Source: Callorhinchus milii
Taxonomy: Eukaryota
Assembly (NCBI RefSeq): GCF_018977255.1
Contig: NW_024704742.1
Span: 120,778,001-120,842,000, forward strand
Direction of reading: 5' to 3'
DNA length: 64,000 nucleotides
Program-made: the position numbers and the translations under genes
The notes under the pieces: generated by a model
Database searches by the model: none
The model's input: only the letters and a program-made list of their open reading frames with translations
Told to the model about the DNA's origin: nothing
In this document: positions 58,475 through 64,000 of the stretch, piece after piece
Numbering within the stretch: the first letter of the stretch is position 1
Layout: the number at the start of each line of letters is the position of its first letter

Positions 58475-60204
58475 CTGTAGGATGTAGATAACAGCAATAA
58501 ATATTAACGCAGAAAAAACACCTTTCCTGTGTGGCATATTTACATAGCTGTCTGGTGCATCTGGTCTTCGTCAAGTATTTGAATAATTAGATTTTCTCGG
58601 CTGCTTGCACAACCACTATAACATACCTTTTCATTGAATTTTGATTGTTACTTAGACACATATTACATTCTGCACTGTGACAAACATCACTGGCATGGAT
58701 TATCATATTAGTGCTTATTCCTGGGGGAAAATCATTTTTAAAAATTGCATCTTGCAGAAGCAATATTATTACTAAACAATCAATTTGATAGTATTAAAAG
58801 ATCAACAGATTTCCACATTTTCCCACTCTTGGCTTCTTTAATACCTCAGGAGTTTGATGTTGACTTTCCTTCAGTTGGAATGATCACTGCATGGCTCGTG
58901 ATGAAAAAGTCTACAACTTTCTCAGCAAGATTTGATTGAGCAACAAGAAATGTGAAGCAAAGCTATTCTTAGCAGTTTAGTTTGTGGACTTGTCTATGGA
59001 CAAACCATTATCGGTGCTCCTTAGTCAACAAACCCACTAGAATAGCACAGTCCATTTTCCCTACCCTTTTCCCAGATAACCTTATCTAACCAGATAAGGC
59101 TCAATAAGTGCTTAAAAGCCTCGTGAATGGACAATTTTCCTAAAAAAACATTGTATTTACTTGTTGGAAATGATTTAGATTACTTCTTATTTGAGCTCAA
59201 ATGCACATTGATAATATAGGGCCTTTGACTCAAGAACATCTTAAAGATATTATTTCTGCAAAGGCCACCATTGAATTTCCTTAAATTAACAGGAAGGTTA
59301 AATTGTCAGAAATGTTTAACCCTTCATGAGATGAGCAAGACATCAAAACTTTAGAGTCCCCAAATCCCATAGTTTTAGTGTATAAAACTATTTTGTTATA
59401 AGATTGTACAGAATTGTGGAAATTTTTTAAATTCATTCTTTATTCTTCAATTAACCAGGTAAAGTTTGAAGCTATATATTGATAAAATGTACCTTTATAG
59501 ATGCCAGCAGGTAGCTTTCACGAGTAAGGTCAACAACTGTTATGTATTATTACTTTAATTGATTTATAGATTACTCAGCAAATAAAATGCTCCAGGATTA
59601 TTTTGACCAAGCAATAAATAATTGATGGCCATTTTTCAGGCACCAATGCCCATCAATAAAAAAAAATTCAGTCTCCATCATGAAGAATATTAACAAAGCC
59701 ACAAGGAATAAATAGAAGAAAATGTTTTCAACTGTACATTACCTTTCAATAACTAGCTAGATAAAGTGGAATGAAGACAGAACACAAAACAAAGAGTGTT
59801 CTAAATCATAGATCCCCCTACCCACCACTGAAAGAAACGCTATTGCATGCTACCATGTTTACAGTGTGAAACTGAAATAACAATTCCATATTCTATACAA
59901 TTGTAATATTGATGCATCCAGTCATGGTTAACATAACTTCCAAAACAATAGGTACGCTTGGTCTGACACAAGAGGTCTTTCCTCCTCTGAGCTCTAGATT
60001 CATTAGATAATTGGATTCTAAACATCTGCTTCTCCAGGAAAAAAGGTTGTGCTAATCTCTAGTCTCATCTCATTGAGATTTGTTCATTTTAAACCTTTAG
60101 TTCTGCAGCCACAGTGTAATGCAAATAGTCTGTTTATAGCTACATGATTTATGCTTACATAGTACCTTTAATTTTAATTATACTTTTAATTTTTTTTTAC
60201 CTTT

Positions 60205-60443
60205 AACTCTGCAGCCCGTGTCCTCTCCCGCACCAAACTCCGTGACCCCATCTCCACCACTCTCACCCGACTCCACTGGCTCCCTATCCTTCAGAGGATC
60301 CAGTCCAAGATCCTGGTATTCACATACAAAGGCCTCCATGGCCTCGCCCCACCCAACCTCTGCCACCTCCTAACTCTGTCCAGCACCTTGGGACATCCTC
60401 CCTACGTGAAAGGTGCTATACAAATGTAATCTTGTTGTTATTG
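60205..60443 (+). mobile_element. L2 3' fragment with internal deletion (IPO11 intron)
   Basis: ctccactggctccct...aagatcctg and terminal hairpin CCTTGGGACATCCTCCCTACGTGAAAGG. Confidence 0.8.
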
Positions 60444-61369
60444 TAATGGAGAATGAACCTCTCAAAGCTTTCAAAAATTATCATGAGAAACACTGAGCAA
60501 CAAGTAACCAATAATTATGGATATTGATCAAAATGAGGTGGTTAAAATATACCTTTTAGAAGGATTTCGAAAACATTGGAGAGTGGAAGCAAGGCAAAGC
60601 GTTTTTGAAGAAAGTTGCAAGGGATAGAAGATATATCATCAATGCCTCTTAAACATGAATTATGTCCCTTCCTCAATCTTTTTTTCAGTGCAAACTTTGT
60701 GAACCTGATAACCTGAAGCCCCAATTCATGGAACCCATCTCTCTCCTCTGAATCCTCTTCAGCCCGTCAACTTACTTTTGAAAGTAATAGTATTTAGCAA
60801 ATTGAAGGTTATCCAAAACAACAGCCACGCTCGTCTTAATATTTTCTAAACGGGAGGTGATAATTACATAACAACTATCAAGTCTAATTAGAAAACAAAT
60901 TTCACTGGGTTCTCTGCTTTTTCCATAAGCTTTGAATGTAATTTGATGCAATTTTCCACTATGACAACTTTTGAATTGACAGCATCTCAAAATTGGTTAT
61001 AAGAACTTCAGTCAAACATCTTAGACATCCCAACTGCAATACAGAAAATATTAGCCATCAAGCTAGAGAGCGGTCATACGTAGAGATACTTAAGTGGTAA
61101 AGGACTGAATAAAAATGGAGATGTATGAGGATGGCCAGGATGATGAAAGGCTCATCAAAGCTGAACAAAGGTAAGATTGTAATGTTTCACAATCTGTCAC
61201 CTTGTGTGAAGGAATACAGTTAGATACTCTGAAACAGAGTTGTTTTAAAATAATTCTGAAGATAAGGATCATAATATGGCATCGTAATGTGTCAAGACAA
61301 AACCAGAATAGATCTGGCCTCAGAAAAGAATTATCTGAAGACATTGTTCCATGAAAAAATAGTAAGAAC

Positions 61370-63060
61370 ATCTTGAGCTTATATTGCTCCCTCCACGCAG
61401 GGTAGCATCTCAGAGCACTTAGTGGTAGAGCCTAACTCTGAGTTGGGGGGGGGGGGGGGGGGGGAGGGGTAGGTGACCGTAAACATGGTCAAAATGGAAG
61501 GTTTTCAGGCGGGCCTTAAAAAAGGGGAGAGAGCGAGCAAGGTGGAAGGATTATTGAGGGAGAGTGTTCCAGAATTTCAGGGCGTAGTGGCTAAAAGCAC
61601 AACTTCCAAATGGTGGAGCAGAGGATGTGAGGGACGAGTAGGAGGCCGGTGCCAGTCAAGCGGATGTGTTTGGTCCAGGTAAGTATGTGGGCAGCAGAGC
61701 TCTGAATGAGCTAGATTTTTGGAATAGTGGAGCTGGGGAGACTGGTAAGGAGTGCTTTTGAGTAACCAGGAGAGAGGTGACAAACGCATGCATGAGGGTT
61801 TCGGCTGCGTTTGGGGTAAGGTACAATAGGAGGCGAGCAACGTGACGGAGGTGGAAGAAGGTGTCCCTGGTCAGGGACTGGATGTGGGGGAGGAAGGATA
61901 GCTGGGGGTCAAACCGGACGCCTAGATTGCACACTGGTTCAGTGAGTCTGAGGGAGAGTCCAAGGATGTTGAGGAGTTTAAACCGAAGGAGTGAAGACGT
62001 TGATGGGAGCCAAAGAATATGGCTTACGTCTTGTCTACATTCAGCTGCAGAAAGTTTGCCCTCATCCAGGATAGAACATAATCCCTCCAAAAATAAAAAA
62101 ACTATAATAAGTTGGTCATTTTCAATCCACGACAGTTTGTGGGACACTGCTGTGCACAATTAGCTGCTGCGTTTCACCCACAAATATACGGTCAATTCAC
62201 TTTACAGTCTATTCTGTGAAGCGCTTTGAGACGTCGAGAAGACATGAAAATCGCTATATCAAATGCAAGGATTATTATTATTATAACATATGGATGCTGG
62301 AGCAGGCAAAGTAGATTTGTGTGTCATCCGCACATACATGTGGAAGTTTACCCCGTGTCTGCGGATGACATCGCCCAGAGGGAGCATATAGATGAGGAAA
62401 ACAAGAGGACCAATGATGGAACCTTGGGGTACCCGCAGGTGACTGGGCGGGAGTGGGAGAAGAAACCATTTGCTGAGATGAAGTGGAGACGATTGGTTAA
62501 GTAGGACTCGAACCATGCAAATGCAGTCCCACTAAAGTGGATGAGGGAGGAGAGAGAGTGGAGAAGGATGGGGTGGTCGACTATTGAACACAGCAGAGAG
62601 ATCCAGAATGATGAGGAGGCAGAGGGAGCCCTGGTCACAGATAGAGAGAATGTTGTTTGTGACTTTGGCAACCGCTGTCTCTGTGCAGTGGGCAGGATGA
62701 AAACCAGACTGCAGGGGCTCGAGGAAGGAGTGGAGAGAGAGGTGTGACCGAAGTTGACCTGCAACATTGTGTTCCTTTGCAAGGAAAGGTAGGTTGTAGA
62801 TGGGATGGTAACGTGAAAGATTAGCAGGATCGACGGTGGTTTTTTTGAGGAGGGGTGTGATGACAGCGGTTTTCAGTGGGTGGGTGGGGGGGGGGAAAGA
62901 ACGATGCAGCCAAGCGAATGTTTTCAATCTTTCACACTTGGCGTTTGATGTGAGGACAGAGGGAGTTTGAGGGGTGCACAGTGGAAAACAGTGGCTTTGG
63001 GTTGTTTTTGGCCTCCGGGATGACTTTGGAGTTTTGGCTTGTGAAAGGGAGAGGTGCTTG
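61370..63060 (-). mobile_element. Decayed L2 LINE with SINE insertion at 62081-62284
   Basis: Peptides [36 protein letters not shown] and [18 protein letters not shown]; poly-G at 61445-61465 in the 3' UTR; AACATA flanks the SINE on both sides (62075-62080, 62285-62290). Confidence 0.9.
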
Positions 63061-64000
63061 AGCACAAAAGTAACAGTTTAAAGAATTACACTTGGAAGAG
63101 GAGTTCAGTGTAATAATAATCCAAAACAATTAAATCAGAGTGCTGCAGTGGAAAATTAGAGTTAAAGGCAGACTTGTTAGAACAGGAATACTTATTTTCT
63201 GTCACTATCACAAGGTGCTTACAGGCAATAAGTCTCATGGAGCAATAAGCCTCCTAAAGCCGGAGATAATGGGAAGACTAAATAATGATAATCATTGGGC
63301 ATCACTAACAAACATAGGCGATTGTTCTATTTATGTCCTGAGAGTGTCTCATGTTGGGTAGATTATGCACTTTTCATGGTGTTTTGGGACATTTTCACAG
63401 TGTTTTGCTGAATCCCCATTCCAGCATGAATGTGGTGCAAGGCAGGGAATTGTGAAGTAGTTAGAGCTGAAGACTGACTGCTGAGACCTTAAGGATTGTT
63501 TTAGCAGCAGACCAGTTCACACAGCTGCAGTATAAATGTAGGTTGTGTGACTTAATTCGTCCACTGCTCAGAAACGATCTATCAAAGTTCTTGGGCAGTC
63601 TGACTCCTAAACACCATCTGTTATTAAAGCTCTATGTATGTTCTTATTGTGCACATGAACAGTTTTCCACAGTGAGAGCGATTGGGAGGCAGAAATATAA
63701 ATCCAGCTCTCTGTGAGGTGAGGGAGAGAATAAAAATATTAAGTGAATCAATTGAAACTTATTAAATGTCATTAATTCAGAGCCTATTTAGAACCATGGA
63801 ATGATGGATCAGGAGAAATTAACAAACAGTACACACCAATTAAAACATGGTCTTCTGGGCCTAAAATGTAATAACGAATGTAATGTGTTGCGTGCGCCTT
63901 ATCAGGGTATGTGAGGGCGCACATGGATGTGGTGCACACAAGGGCGCCTCCCGACTGTTTTAAAGGGAGTGTCCCAAAAAAACGTGCGCACAACTTGTGT

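Noticed and set aside
58475..58537. N-terminal extension of ORF 58310..58537 (MPHRKGVFSALIFIAVIYILQ)
   Set aside because: It lies upstream of the CAG acceptor and is intronic.
61445..61465. Poly-G as a functional G-quadruplex
   Set aside because: An expanded C-tract of the L2 3' UTR; homopolymer length is unreliable.
58475..64000. Penultimate IPO11 exon or nested LRRC70
   Set aside because: No matching peptide or long LRR ORF; the GTAAG donor-like site at 60771-60775 follows a non-IPO11 peptide.
63855..64000. CpG-rich end as a promoter or CpG island
   Set aside because: Too short and cut by the window edge; more likely the start of an intronic repeat.

Overview
Vertebrate genomic DNA, AT-rich and repeat-dense. 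The repeat complement (L2 and CR1 LINEs, Deu-domain and CORE-like tRNA SINEs, Penelope-like elements) suggests a cartilaginous fish; this is inference, not a database match. The only host coding sequence I can support is the terminal exon of importin-11 (IPO11) on the minus strand at 58310-58474, with a probable 3' UTR to about 57520 and the last intron running off the right edge. Positions 1-57500 are gene-free downstream sequence; in human the interval after IPO11 is the desert toward HTR1A. Nearly all ORFs in the track are repeat-derived or spurious; the 656-aa ORF is a 5'-truncated L2 reverse transcriptase. I found no clear-cut new biological system. The best leads are: (1) Penelope-like elements carrying minimal hammerhead-ribozyme cores, one with a 13-bp TSD and an inverted pLTR; (2) a chimeric tRNA/CORE/Deu/L2-tail SINE with visible subfamily succession and a tail-loop swap; (3) covarying 3' stem-loops shared between L2 and SINEs; (4) two local non-transposon duplications; (5) MITEs with TSDs; (6) a consensus CTCF site just past IPO11; (7) several repeat-free, motif-dense candidate conserved non-coding elements. 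Boundaries of old repeats are approximate.
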